From Rhizobiaceae bacterium (GTDB lineage Bacteria; Pseudomonadota; Alphaproteobacteria; Rhizobiales; Rhizobiaceae), in the NCBI GenBank assembly GCA_039969995.1, contig JBDVMU010000006.1, positions 5,618-69,617 of the forward strand: 64,000 bases of DNA, written 5' to 3'. The translations under genes were made by a program, and so were the position numbers. Below the pieces are notes generated by a model. That model did not search any database. It was not told where the DNA came from and was given only the letters and a program-made list of their open reading frames with translations. How positions within the stretch are numbered: the stretch's first letter is position 1; each line of letters starts with the position of its first letter. Of the stretch, positions 1 to 9,734 are shown piece by piece.

Positions 1-670
1 GCTGATCGCCATTGGCATTGACCACGGCAATGTATTCTTTGTTGCCCAACTCTCCGCCCAATTCGCCGCCAGCAACCTGTTCGGCCGGTGGTGCGAAGGG
101 ATTATTGGGGCTGTTGATGATCACTCCTGCCAGTGCAACGGCGGCTATCGAGGCGGCAATTGCGAATGTGCGCCAGCGGCTGACGCTGCGACGCAAATTA
201 TTGGCATCATTGGCGGCTGATGCCATAGCGGCGGTTGCCGCAGCGGAGGCAGTAGAACCGCCCTGATTGGCGCCAGCAGACGACGATACAACTTTTAGAC
301 CTGGCGATGACCCTTCTGAGCTTTCACCATCGGCATCCTGAGACACGGCAGCAGTTTCGTTGCCAGCGCCCTGCGCTGAGGTTTCTCCGCCTTCGCCGCT
401 TTCGCCGCTTTCGTCGCTTTCGTCGCTTTCGCTGCTCTCAGGGTTCTGGGCGCCGGGGAGGTCTGCAGCAATGCGTTGCCAAAGGTCCGCAGGTGGCACT
501 TCGGGGGCGACTGAGGCGTTCAATGAACCAAATGTGCGCTCCCAGAAGAGCACGTCCTCGCGGGTTGTGGCGTCGGTCTCAATCGACGCCTCAAATGCAG
601 TGCGTTCAACCGCCGACAAGGTGCCGATCACATATTCGGCAGCGTCCAGTTTTCTCTCTTGCCCACTCAT
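1..670 (-). CDS. Anti-sigma factor (RskA-like). The 5' end is complete and the C-terminus runs off the window start.
   Basis: My own minus-strand translation from the ATG at 670..668 gives MSGQERKLDAAEYVIGTLSAVERTAFEASIETDATTREDVLFWERTFGSL..., followed by an acidic S/E/D/G linker and one TM helix (WRTFAIAASIAAVALAGVII). It starts 7 nt after the stop of the ECF sigma gene. It is absent from the supplied track because there is no stop codon in the window. Confidence 0.75.
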   Translation of the reverse strand, partial: MSGQERKLDAAEYVIGTLSAVERTAFEASIETDATTREDVLFWERTFGSLNASVAPEVPPADLWQRIAADLPGAQNPESSESDESDESGESGEGGETSAQGAGNETAAVSQDADGESSEGSSPGLKVVSSSAGANQGGSTASAAATAAMASAANDANNLRRSVSRWRTFAIAASIAAVALAGVIINSPNNPFAPPAEQVAGGELGGELGNKEYIAVVNANGDQ

Positions 671-677
671 GACAGGC

Positions 678-1226
678 TCATTCTCTCTCCAGGCAACTCC
701 GCAAGGCAACTAGCCCGCGTCTCAACCTGGTCTTTATGGTCCCCACCGGGGAATCAAATCTTTCCGCCAACTCTTCGCGTGAATAGCCCTCATAATAGGC
801 CAGCAACACGTAATTGCGGTCGTCTTCTTTCATTTCGCTGAGGCAGAACCGCAGGGATTCCAGCTCAGTCACATCAACATTTTCAGCGTCCTGACCGCCA
901 AGCTTGAAAATCTCTTCTTCGTCGCCGGGTTGGTCAACGGTTTGCTCAGGGCGGGTAGCGCGAATGATGTCAATGGCTCGGTTACGCGCAATGGTTGCCA
1001 TCCAGGTGATGGGCTTACCCTGCACCGGGTCATAGCTGCCCGCCTTTTGCCAAATCTTTAGATAGACATCCTGCAATACGTCTTCCGCCTTTTGCCTGTT
1101 CTTCAAGATACGAAGGACAATGCCAAAGAGTTTCGCAGAAGAACGATCATAAAGGGTGCGAAATGCAACTTGGTCGCCATTTGCCGTGGCACCAAGCAGG
1201 CCTTCCAGCGTCTCTGCTGAAGTCAT
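678..1226 (-). CDS. ECF-type RNA polymerase sigma-70 family factor
   Basis: The ORF is 678..1313. I chose the internal ATG at 1226 (MTSAETLEGLL...), which is preceded by AGGAA. Region 2 (DVLQDVYLKIW) and region 4 (YYEGYSREELAERFDSPVGTIKTRLRRG) motifs are present. Confidence 0.9.
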   Translation of the reverse strand: MTSAETLEGLLGATANGDQVAFRTLYDRSSAKLFGIVLRILKNRQKAEDVLQDVYLKIWQKAGSYDPVQGKPITWMATIARNRAIDIIRATRPEQTVDQPGDEEEIFKLGGQDAENVDVTELESLRFCLSEMKEDDRNYVLLAYYEGYSREELAERFDSPVGTIKTRLRRGLVALRSCLERE

Positions 1227-1410
1227 TTGCGATTCCTGTTCATATTTAGAGACGCTCAACGCAGCTTTGTTCAATTTTTTGGCAGAATAGCAAACTTCAG
1301 GATTGATACACAACAGGCCATCTGCAGTCGTGGTAAAAACCTGTGATTGACTTCAGCCAAGAGGTCTCGCAGAAACAAGATCTGCACCTGAACGCAACTT
1401 CTGGCCTTCC

Positions 1411-2673
1411 TTGACCCAACACACGCCCAAGCCCGGCACGCCTAAGCCTGGCACGTCCAATGACGTGCCCCATTCTTCAGGCAATGCGCTGACCACGCTG
1501 GTCGTGTTTTGTGGGTTCTTGATGGCCCTTTCTGGCTTTTCGACCGATGTGATGCTGCCAGCGTTTGGCATTATGGTTGGGGAATTGAACACCTCTATGG
1601 ACATGGTGCAGGGCACAATACCTGTTTTCGCCCTGTTTTTTGGCATCAGCCAGATATTTTATGGACCAATGTCCGACCGCTATGGCCGGCGCCCTGCCAT
1701 TGCCCTTGGCCTGACAATTTATCTTGCAGGGTCCTTGTTTGCAGCGCTTGGCACTGACATTGAGACTGTCCTGATCGGACGAGCGTTGCAGGGTGCTGGG
1801 GCTGGAACTGCGCCTGTATTGGCCCGGGCTATTTTGCGCGATACCCATAGTGGAACCGCGCTTGCAACCGCGATGTCTCTCACTTGGGCGATTTTCGCTA
1901 TCGGCCCGATATTTGGTCCATTGGTCGGTTATGCAGTGGTCGAGATGTTTGGATGGCGCAGCACATTTGCCTGCCTGGCAGCAATCGCATCTGGCCTTCT
2001 CGCTTACAATTTACTGCGGTTTTCAGAAACCAACCAAAACAAAAACCCTGATGCACTCAAGGTCAAAAACCTGACGTCGGCGGTGCGCGTCATCGTCGCC
2101 AATCGTCAATCGATCTACTTCCTGCTTTGCGGCTCTATCGCCTATTGCGGCTTGTTCACCTACATATCCAATGCACCGCGATTGTTTGCCGACGCGTTTG
2201 GTATTGAAGGTCTTGGCTTTGCTGTTCTGTTTGCGCTAACCGGCTTCGGAATCGTGCTTGGACAATACGCCAACCGAGCACTGCTGCCGCGGCTGGGCAT
2301 TTTGGCAGTGCTTCGTATCGCAGCCATCATACAGGTGTTGTCATCGAGCGGAATTGCGCTGCTTGGTTGGTTGGAGCTGTTACAGGTCTGGCATTTCACC
2401 GCTTTGATGTTTTGGTTCAACACTTCTTTTCTTGTGGTTGTCTCCAACACGGCGGCGTTATGCCTCGACCCTCACCCAAAACTGGCGGGCATCGCGTCAG
2501 CGTTTTATGGCTGTATCACCAACACTGTCGGCTCGGTCTTTTTGGGACTAACGGTGTCTTTCGTCGGGATCAGCATATCGCACTGGGCTGTGACCATGTT
2601 GGCAATTACAGCCATCGTTTTGATTTCGACCCTATTTGCCTCACAGAAAGGCCTGACCATCAGCCACCGATAA
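1411..2673 (+). CDS. MFS transporter, Bcr/CflA drug-resistance subfamily
   Basis: The 420-aa ORF has 12-TM character and the motif GPMSDRYGRRPAIALGL. The start is uncertain: TTG at 1411 or GTG at 1465. The N-terminus contains a 15-nt tandem duplication (PKPGT PKPGT, 1426-1455). Confidence 0.85.
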   Translation: MTQHTPKPGTPKPGTSNDVPHSSGNALTTLVVFCGFLMALSGFSTDVMLPAFGIMVGELNTSMDMVQGTIPVFALFFGISQIFYGPMSDRYGRRPAIALGLTIYLAGSLFAALGTDIETVLIGRALQGAGAGTAPVLARAILRDTHSGTALATAMSLTWAIFAIGPIFGPLVGYAVVEMFGWRSTFACLAAIASGLLAYNLLRFSETNQNKNPDALKVKNLTSAVRVIVANRQSIYFLLCGSIAYCGLFTYISNAPRLFADAFGIEGLGFAVLFALTGFGIVLGQYANRALLPRLGILAVLRIAAIIQVLSSSGIALLGWLELLQVWHFTALMFWFNTSFLVVVSNTAALCLDPHPKLAGIASAFYGCITNTVGSVFLGLTVSFVGISISHWAVTMLAITAIVLISTLFASQKGLTISHR

Positions 2674-3730
2674 CGCGTTTCGTTCCGTCCGATGCGGAGG
2701 CATAAATAGCTTCTTCGATTTCGAGGTTGGCAAGATAGTCGCGACCAGAATTCTGCAGAACTCCCCCGGTCATATAGTGGTCCGCCACATGGCGGGTAAA
2801 CCGATAGACACAATCGCCACCAAAGCCATTGTCGTTCCAGTCAAAGGGAACAAGGGTTGTTTCATTTGAACCGTGCCGGCGGAATGTCAGCACGCCGTCG
2901 CCGGTCAGAACCAATTCCCCCTTTTCGCCCTCAATCGACATGTCACCCATTGTGCGGCGGCGATTTTCAGCCACATGATCGGAAAGTCGGTTGCCATCCA
3001 GCACACCACGAAACCCACGGTCAAAATCCATGACAACCAGACAGGAATCCTCGCCACTTATTGCGGGGTTGAGTTGGGCCAAATCAGCCCAGAGTGCCGA
3101 GACATCGCCAAACAAAAATCGGAACACATCAACATAATGAATGGCCGTTTCGTGAACTAGAAAACGGTCCATCTGTTGAAAATAGGGTTGACGATCAAGA
3201 TAGGCTTCCCGTCCCTGCCCGTCTCCTGGCCGCAATCGGAAGGTGGCCCGATAAAGCTCTCCCAACCGTCCAGAATCGAGTTGTTCCTTGACGGCGGCAT
3301 ACCACGGCTGAAATCGAAAATTCTCATGCACGGTGATATCGACGTTCGCGTCCTCGGCCATCACCACTGCTTGTCGGGCAACATCAAGGGTGCCGCAAAA
3401 TGGCTTTTGGCAAACCACATTGATCCCGTGCTGAGCAGCGAGGCGGATCATCTGCAAATGAGTTGAGGGGGGCGTGATGATGTCCAACAGATCCGGTTTG
3501 ACCGCGTCCAACATCCTTGCACAGTCATCAAATGCCCTTCCACCATGGCTATCGGTTATTGCCTCAGCGGAGGAAAAATTCAGATCGGCGACACCAACGA
3601 GGTCGACGTCATCGCAGCGCGACCAGGCGTCGTAATGAAACTGGCTGAAATAGCCGGTTCCAACAGCCGCTACCCGGAGCTTACGGCTTGGCTCGCCGCT
3701 ATCGCTCTCGCCAGCCACGGTGTTGTTCAT
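2660..3730 (-). CDS. Gfo/Idh/MocA family oxidoreductase
   Basis: The 356-aa ORF has an N-terminal Rossmann motif (LRVAAVGTGYFSQFH). Its start overlaps the upstream gene's stop in an ATGA sequence. Confidence 0.85.
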   Translation of the reverse strand: MNNTVAGESDSGEPSRKLRVAAVGTGYFSQFHYDAWSRCDDVDLVGVADLNFSSAEAITDSHGGRAFDDCARMLDAVKPDLLDIITPPSTHLQMIRLAAQHGINVVCQKPFCGTLDVARQAVVMAEDANVDITVHENFRFQPWYAAVKEQLDSGRLGELYRATFRLRPGDGQGREAYLDRQPYFQQMDRFLVHETAIHYVDVFRFLFGDVSALWADLAQLNPAISGEDSCLVVMDFDRGFRGVLDGNRLSDHVAENRRRTMGDMSIEGEKGELVLTGDGVLTFRRHGSNETTLVPFDWNDNGFGGDCVYRFTRHVADHYMTGGVLQNSGRDYLANLEIEEAIYASASDGTKRVIGG

Positions 3731-4818
3731 GCAAGCGCCTTGAGTTCGCCCATTACTGCCGCAGTGATTTCCACGACACCGGCATTGCCGCCGCGTTCAG
3801 TGGACACCAGCGAGCCATCACGATAGGCGTTATCGACTGCCAGTTGAAGAAGACGTGCCGCTTCAGCATAGGCTTCGTGGTTCTTCTCAACGGCCAGCCA
3901 GTCAAGCATCATCGCGCCAGAAAGGAACATGGCGGTTGGGTTTGCCTTGCCGGTACCGGCAATATCCGGGGCGGAACCATGGCATGGCTGGAAAACTGCA
4001 TGGTCATCACCAATATCGGCAGAAGGAGCCATGCCAAGACCACCGATCAGACCGGCAGCCAGATCGGAAAGAATATCGCCATACATGTTTTCAGTGACCA
4101 TGACGTCATAGATCCAGGGGCGACGCACCATTTCCATCGCAACCGCATCAACATAGCCGTAGCGCTTGCAGATATCGGGATAATTTACAGCAACCTCATC
4201 GAACATATCGCGCCAGAAGGCCATGGACTTGAACACATTGGCCTTGTCAACGCTGGTGACTTCACCCGCATGTCCCCCAGCCTTGCGCTGTTGAGCCAGT
4301 TTGAAGGCAAAGTCGGAAACCTGCTTGACACCCTTGCGCGTAATTACCTGGGTGTCCGTAGCCTGGTTATCATCGCGAGACCCTTTGCCGACAGAGGCGA
4401 ACAGGCCCTCAGTCGATTCCCGAACCAGAACAAAGTCCAGTTCGTTGCCGCGAGGGTCAGCCAGAGGCCCCTTGACACCGGGCACAGAACGCACCGGACG
4501 CACACCAGCGTAAAGGTCCAGAATGAAACGCAGCTCAATCTGCGGAATAATTTCCGTGCCATCTGGATAGCGCACCGAAGGATCGCCCATGGCAGCGAGC
4601 AGGATAGCATCGGCTGAACGGCATCCCTCGATGGTCTCATCGGGCAGCGCCGTTCCAAGTTTGGTATAAGCGCCAGCGCCGGCCTCAAGCCAGTTCTCAT
4701 TCATCGGCGCTTCACCCACCTGAGCCAGAGCCTGTTGTATCAGTTCAACACAGGGCTTTGTGATTTCCATGCCGATGCCGTCACCCGGCAAAATTGCGAT
4801 CGTCAGATTAGAGGCCAT
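3727..4818 (-). CDS. Isocitrate/isopropylmalate dehydrogenase family protein (tartrate / D-malate dehydrogenase-like)
   Basis: The 363-aa ORF begins IAILPGDGIGMEI and has family motifs throughout. Confidence 0.85.
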   Translation of the reverse strand: MASNLTIAILPGDGIGMEITKPCVELIQQALAQVGEAPMNENWLEAGAGAYTKLGTALPDETIEGCRSADAILLAAMGDPSVRYPDGTEIIPQIELRFILDLYAGVRPVRSVPGVKGPLADPRGNELDFVLVRESTEGLFASVGKGSRDDNQATDTQVITRKGVKQVSDFAFKLAQQRKAGGHAGEVTSVDKANVFKSMAFWRDMFDEVAVNYPDICKRYGYVDAVAMEMVRRPWIYDVMVTENMYGDILSDLAAGLIGGLGMAPSADIGDDHAVFQPCHGSAPDIAGTGKANPTAMFLSGAMMLDWLAVEKNHEAYAEAARLLQLAVDNAYRDGSLVSTERGGNAGVVEITAAVMGELKALA

Positions 4819-4829
4819 GAGATGCTTTT

Positions 4830-5870
4830 CTAGATTGGCTGAATTGCAGACAGGCCACTTAATAAGGGCTCAATATCAAATGTCCACTGTATCGGTCGAT
4901 GACCTCGAACTGGCATCGAAAAGCATGCCAATTGGTCTCCCAAAAGGCATCCGAGCACCGCGTGATCAAGGTTTTTGCCACAAAATGCCAAGTTAGAAAC
5001 ATTGCGCAGTAATTTCCCAGCGGCCTTGTCGAGATGCGGCCGCCCCATTTCGTGGTCCCGCCAAGCCTGTTCAACCCAGGCGAGATGATCCGGATCGACA
5101 TCCTCAAGAAAAATCTCAACTTTACCATCGCCCGAGACCCTCAGCACCCGGTTGGACACGATCGAGGTTAACCAGGCATCGCCGTTCTCATCAAAGGCGA
5201 GACCATCAGGGTAGATCCCTTCACCGAGTTCAACGACGGTCCGGCGGTTGGAAAGGTCGCCGTCTTCGCCAATGTCGAAACTGGTCAACCGGCGGGCGAA
5301 TGTTTCGTTGACGAACAGGCGCTTGCCATCGGGATGAATCATGCATTCATTGGTATAGCCAAGACGATCGGCGACGATCCGCGCCTTGCCATCCTGCAAC
5401 AATACGATGAATCCATCGGCGACGTCGCAACGATAGGCTGCAGCCCGTGGGACTTTGCGGGTCGAGACGGTAATCCAGATCCGGCCAAGTTCATCGACCG
5501 TGACGAAATTGCTGGGTGGTAGCGGCTCTCCATCCACCTCACTTAAAATGACTGATACACTTCCATCGGGCCGAAGCGCAAAGATGCCACCGCGTTCTGC
5601 TCCCAGATGCGCGCACAGAATATCACCACCCTCAATCAGACAGATTCCATTGGGACGCAACGGTTCGTCCAGCCCCAGAGATTGACTTATTTGAGCCCAG
5701 TTTTTGGCCAGATGCCGTTTGACCGTCCCGTCTGGGAAGATCACCGAAATTCCCCCGTCATCGGTCCAGTCGGGTGCCAGCACGACGCCACTTTCATGCG
5801 CCAAGGCACATTCAGGCCGCGATAGGCCATGCCCAATGAAGGATAGCTGTTCAAGACTGATGGGATACAT
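4830..5870 (-). CDS. SMP-30/gluconolactonase/LRE family protein
   Basis: I chose the internal ATG at 5870 (MYPISLEQLSFIGHGLSRPECA...). The longer 466-aa version would run into the mutL upstream region. Beta-propeller-like repeats with DG/PDG motifs are present. Confidence 0.8.
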   Translation of the reverse strand: MYPISLEQLSFIGHGLSRPECALAHESGVVLAPDWTDDGGISVIFPDGTVKRHLAKNWAQISQSLGLDEPLRPNGICLIEGGDILCAHLGAERGGIFALRPDGSVSVILSEVDGEPLPPSNFVTVDELGRIWITVSTRKVPRAAAYRCDVADGFIVLLQDGKARIVADRLGYTNECMIHPDGKRLFVNETFARRLTSFDIGEDGDLSNRRTVVELGEGIYPDGLAFDENGDAWLTSIVSNRVLRVSGDGKVEIFLEDVDPDHLAWVEQAWRDHEMGRPHLDKAAGKLLRNVSNLAFCGKNLDHAVLGCLLGDQLACFSMPVRGHRPIQWTFDIEPLLSGLSAIQPI

Positions 5871-5966
5871 GTTCTGCTCTTGCGCCACGGGCCGTTGAGC
5901 CCCATTTTCAAGGCAATGCCGCTCCCTGATCAAGGGCGATTCTGGAAAAAGCGCAGGTATGCACAC

Positions 5967-7859
5967 ATGGCCATACATCGACTGACCGATAACATTGTCA
6001 ATCAAATCGCCGCCGGCGAAGTCGTTGAGCGGCCGGCCAGTGTGGTGCGCGAACTGCTGGACAACGCAATTGATGCAGGCGCCACGCGCATTTCGATTGT
6101 CACATCGGGCGGTGGCAAGAACCTGATCCGCATTACCGACAATGGGTCGGGTATGAGCAAGGATGACCTTGCCAGATCGATTGAACGTCATTGCACGTCC
6201 AAACTGTCCGATGATCTCAACAATATCCAAAGTTTGGGATTTCGGGGCGAGGCGCTGCCCTCTATTGGGTCAATTGCCCACCTGACAATGCGCACCCGCG
6301 CCAAGGGCGAACCTAATGGATGGGAAATCAAAGTCGATGGCGGCAAGGTGAGCACGGTTGCGCCTGCGGCTCTCAACCAAGGCACTGTGGTGGAAGTTGC
6401 AGAATTGTTTTATGCAACCCCAGCGCGCCTAAAATTTCTAAAGACTGACCGTGCCGAAGCCAACGCCATCAGTGACATTATCAAACGGACTGTGCTGGCT
6501 CATCCGGAAATTCATTTTTCTGTCGGTGGCGATGATCGCCAGTCGATAGAGTATGGTGCTGTTAGCGCAAGTGGCGAAAACGCCCTGCTTCGCCGCTGTG
6601 AACAAATTCTGGGCAAGGAATTTCCCGAGAACGCATTTGCCATTGATGCAGAACGCGAAGGCGTCCGCTTGACCGGATATGCATCGCTGCCAACATTCAA
6701 CCGAGGCAATGCGCTTCATCAGTTTGTTTATGTAAATGGTCGACCGGTGCGCGACAAGCAACTGACCGGTGCAATCAGAGGCGCCTATATGGACTTTCTG
6801 CATCGCAACCGCCATCCGGTTCTGGCACTGTTTTTGTCCATCGATCCCTCGCAGGTGGATGTGAATGTTCACCCGGCCAAGGCGGAAGTGCGGTTTCGCG
6901 ATGCCGGTTTGGTCCGGGGGCTTCTGGTCGGTGCATTGCGTCAGGCAATAAACGCAGCCAGTCATCGTTCTTCGAGCGAAGGCGCCGGTTCTATGTTGGC
7001 TGCATTTCAACCCGGGGATCTGGCGGCAAGGGCGACGGGCAATGCGGAATTTGCCCGCCAATCGCCACCGCAATATTCGGCCCATTCTGCGCATGCGCGA
7101 CATCCGCGTGATCATGACTGGACCGCATCACCCAATCGACCGGTATCACCTCAGCCGATGCAAACTCCGCAGGGCTTTTCGGAAGACAAGCAGGCTGGCT
7201 TTGACGCCATGGCCAATCCGTCTGCCGATATTCGTACTCCTCTAGAAGAAGGTGTGGTCGACAGCGGCGAACAGCAGGGCCTGCCATTGGGCGCTGCACG
7301 CGCTCAAGTCCATGCAAATTACATCGTCGCTCAAACAGCTGATGGTTTGGTGATCGTCGACCAACATGCCGCCCATGAACGACTGGTTTATGAACGCATG
7401 AAGGCCCAGATTGCAGAATCCGGCGTGTCCGGGCAATTGCTGCTGATTCCCGAAATCGTGGAAATGGGAGAGGAAGAGGTCAATCGGTTGCTGGATCACA
7501 AGGAAGAACTGGGCCAGCTAGGCCTTGCAATCGACGGGTTCGGTCCAGGCGCTATCGCGGTGAGAGAAACGCCCGCGCTGCTTGGTGAAGTCAATTGCGA
7601 GCACTTGCTGCGGGATCTTGCCGATGAGGTCTCCCAGTGGGGTACAGCCTCGCTGGTTGGTGAAAAGATCGACCATGTTGCAGCAACCATGTCTTGCCAC
7701 GGATCGGTACGGTCAGGGCGCAAATTGCTGCCCGCGGAAATGAATCAATTGCTGCGAGACATGGAGGCAACACCCAATTCGGGTCAGTGCAATCATGGCC
7801 GTCCTACCTATATCGAGCTTAAACTGGCGGATATCGAAAAACTATTTGGCCGCCGCTGA
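5967..7859 (+). CDS. mutL: DNA mismatch repair endonuclease MutL
   Basis: The product begins MAIHRLTDNIVNQIAAGEVVERPASVVRELLDNAIDAGA, which is the GHKL ATPase N-terminus. The C-terminus contains QHAAHERLVYE and CHGSVRSG motifs. Confidence 0.95.
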   Translation: MAIHRLTDNIVNQIAAGEVVERPASVVRELLDNAIDAGATRISIVTSGGGKNLIRITDNGSGMSKDDLARSIERHCTSKLSDDLNNIQSLGFRGEALPSIGSIAHLTMRTRAKGEPNGWEIKVDGGKVSTVAPAALNQGTVVEVAELFYATPARLKFLKTDRAEANAISDIIKRTVLAHPEIHFSVGGDDRQSIEYGAVSASGENALLRRCEQILGKEFPENAFAIDAEREGVRLTGYASLPTFNRGNALHQFVYVNGRPVRDKQLTGAIRGAYMDFLHRNRHPVLALFLSIDPSQVDVNVHPAKAEVRFRDAGLVRGLLVGALRQAINAASHRSSSEGAGSMLAAFQPGDLAARATGNAEFARQSPPQYSAHSAHARHPRDHDWTASPNRPVSPQPMQTPQGFSEDKQAGFDAMANPSADIRTPLEEGVVDSGEQQGLPLGAARAQVHANYIVAQTADGLVIVDQHAAHERLVYERMKAQIAESGVSGQLLLIPEIVEMGEEEVNRLLDHKEELGQLGLAIDGFGPGAIAVRETPALLGEVNCEHLLRDLADEVSQWGTASLVGEKIDHVAATMSCHGSVRSGRKLLPAEMNQLLRDMEATPNSGQCNHGRPTYIELKLADIEKLFGRR

Positions 7860-7927
7860 TCGCAATTGTACAAAATGGGGTTCACCCGAAACGGGTTTAT
7901 GCTAAAAAGCGCTTCGGAGAAAAAGAC

Positions 7928-8149
7928 ATGCTCAACAGACTAGATCCCCCAGGTGGCCAATTGGCGAATGTGCGCTACGCGGAAGCTGATTTTCAGGTGT
8001 TATCGCCGGGAAATTACGTTGTCTGCGCGATCACTGAAAAGCCCATTCCGCTGGACGAGTTGAAATACTGGAGCTGGCAACGCCAGGAAGCTTACATCGA
8101 TGCTCAGTCGTCGGTAGAGGCCGAGCGCAACGCCGGCAATCTGGCTTAA
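7928..8149 (+). CDS. DUF2093 domain-containing protein
   Basis: The 73-aa ORF contains ADFQVLSPGNYVVCAITEKPIPLDELKYWSWQRQEAY, typical of this small alphaproteobacterial family. Confidence 0.7.
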   Translation: MLNRLDPPGGQLANVRYAEADFQVLSPGNYVVCAITEKPIPLDELKYWSWQRQEAYIDAQSSVEAERNAGNLA

Positions 8150-8233
8150 AATTCAATCTATCGCGCAACCATTGGGAGAATGCGACGACGATTAATGGCG
8201 TGAATTGATTGCTCATTCGGCAAGGAGACAAAT

Positions 8234-8664
8234 ATGTCAGATCCACTCGACCCCAAGGTTGAGAGCAAGGTACGCGACAGTTTTGCCAGGCAATCGATGA
8301 TGACGTCGGTTGGCGCACATCTGGTGTCTGTCAATCACGGCGAAGTCGTGATTTCCGCCCCCATTCTCGACGGCTTTCGCCAACAGCAGAACCTTGCCCA
8401 TGGCGGACTTGTATTCTCGTTGGGCGACACAGCGGCTGGTTTCGCCGCATTGAGCGTCATGCCGCACGACATGGAGGTTGTGACGGTTGAAATCAAAATC
8501 AATCTAATGGCCCCAGCAGAAGGACAGTTGGTGGCTGTTGGCCGGGTCTGAAACCCGGCAAGCGACTGGTGATTGTGGCTGCCGAAGTATTTGCTGAACA
8601 CAACGATGGGGAAAGAGTTCAAGTCGCAGCTTTGCAAGGCACGATGATCCCGGTGCAAATTTAG
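8234..8664 (+). pseudogene. PaaI-family (hotdog) thioesterase interrupted by a 1-nt frameshift
   Basis: Frame 1 ends ...LVAVGRV then TGA at 8549-8551. The frame starting at 8548 continues LKPGKRLVIVAAEVFAEHNDGERVQVAALQGTMIPVQI and stops at 8662-8664. Joined, the two parts give a normal hotdog thioesterase of about 143 aa. Confidence 0.7.
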
Positions 8665-8685
8665 TTGCTTGTGGGTATGACAGGC

Positions 8686-9732
8686 TCAAATTGAACTAAT
8701 TTTTTGGCCCGTCACCGCCCGGCGTTCAGCCGCACGGTCGATGGTTTCCTGCAGTGCTAATTCAATGAGCCTGGGGTTTTCAAACGCCAGTTCAATCTGA
8801 AGCACCTGGCTCGCCTGCCGCAATGCCTGCTGCTGCTCCCCTGCCCGCATCAGGCGTATCCAGTCTTTTTCGGTGGTCGCCAACGTGACACCCTTAGCTT
8901 TTGCGTCATCGATCAACTCGCGGCATTCATCCGAAGTGAAAGGGTGGTGATCAGCAAAATTGCGGGTTTGCACCACTTCGGCACCAACTTCCGCCAAACT
9001 GGTATGAAACTTTTGCGGATCAGCAATACCACAATACGCCAGGACCTCCTTGCCCTTCCAACTGCGTGGCTTTAGCGGCTTGATTCCGGCGCTGAAAACA
9101 GGCTTGGCCGAACGGGCACAATGGCGGACAATTTCGGCACCAGATTTTGATTGCCCAATCAGCAAAACCGAACTTGCCTTTGACAATTGAGACTGCAGTT
9201 TGGCCCGCAAAGGGCCCGCAGGAATACAATAACCATTGCCAATGCCGCGCCGCGCATCGACCACGACAAGACAATAATCTTTGTGAAGAGATGGGTTTTG
9301 AAATCCATCGTCCATGATGATCAGATCGACCCCCTGCTCTTTGAGCAATCGCGCCCCCTTGGGACGATCGGGGCTGACGACCGTGGTTGAGTACTGAGCC
9401 AGGATCAGCGGTTCATCACCGGTATCGTGAGCGCTGTGTTGCTTGATATCGACCACAGTGGGCACATGTACACTGCCACCATAACCACGGCTCAAAAAGC
9501 CCGGGCGCATGCCCATTTTGCGAGCGATCTTGGCAACCGCAATGGCCGTAGGGGTCTTACCCGCACCGCCGGCAATTAGATTGCCAATGCAAAACACCGG
9601 AATGGATACAGTTGCGGATGGTTTGCGCAACATGCGCCGGGCCGCGACATGGCCGTATATAGCAGAAATGGGCGACAAGGCCCATGCAGCCAGTCCCGGC
9701 TTAGTGAACCAAAATGGAGGAGCTTCGCTCAA
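8686..9732 (-). CDS. lpxK: Tetraacyldisaccharide 4'-kinase
   Basis: The 348-aa ORF has the P-loop GNLIAGGAGKTP and the motif FLSRGYGG. Confidence 0.9.
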   Translation of the reverse strand: MSEAPPFWFTKPGLAAWALSPISAIYGHVAARRMLRKPSATVSIPVFCIGNLIAGGAGKTPTAIAVAKIARKMGMRPGFLSRGYGGSVHVPTVVDIKQHSAHDTGDEPLILAQYSTTVVSPDRPKGARLLKEQGVDLIIMDDGFQNPSLHKDYCLVVVDARRGIGNGYCIPAGPLRAKLQSQLSKASSVLLIGQSKSGAEIVRHCARSAKPVFSAGIKPLKPRSWKGKEVLAYCGIADPQKFHTSLAEVGAEVVQTRNFADHHPFTSDECRELIDDAKAKGVTLATTEKDWIRLMRAGEQQQALRQASQVLQIELAFENPRLIELALQETIDRAAERRAVTGQKISSI

Positions 9733-9734
9733 TG

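Noticed and set aside
12-713. Three plus-strand ORFs (12..266, 307..672, 360..713) with R/S/P-rich low-complexity translations.
   Set aside because: They are antisense or off-frame shadows of the minus-strand anti-sigma factor gene. That gene has a recognisable N-terminal domain and correct operon position.
5871-6230. The N-terminal 120-aa extension of the 4830..6230 ORF.
   Set aside because: The extension overlaps the mutL start region on the opposite strand and has implausible composition. The SMP-30-like homology begins at the internal ATG at 5870.
8545-8552. Possible programmed ribosomal frameshift in the PaaI thioesterase.
   Set aside because: There is no slippery heptamer or prfB-like CUU_UGA context, and I saw no obvious downstream structure. 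A simple 1-nt indel (pseudogene or sequencing error) is more parsimonious.
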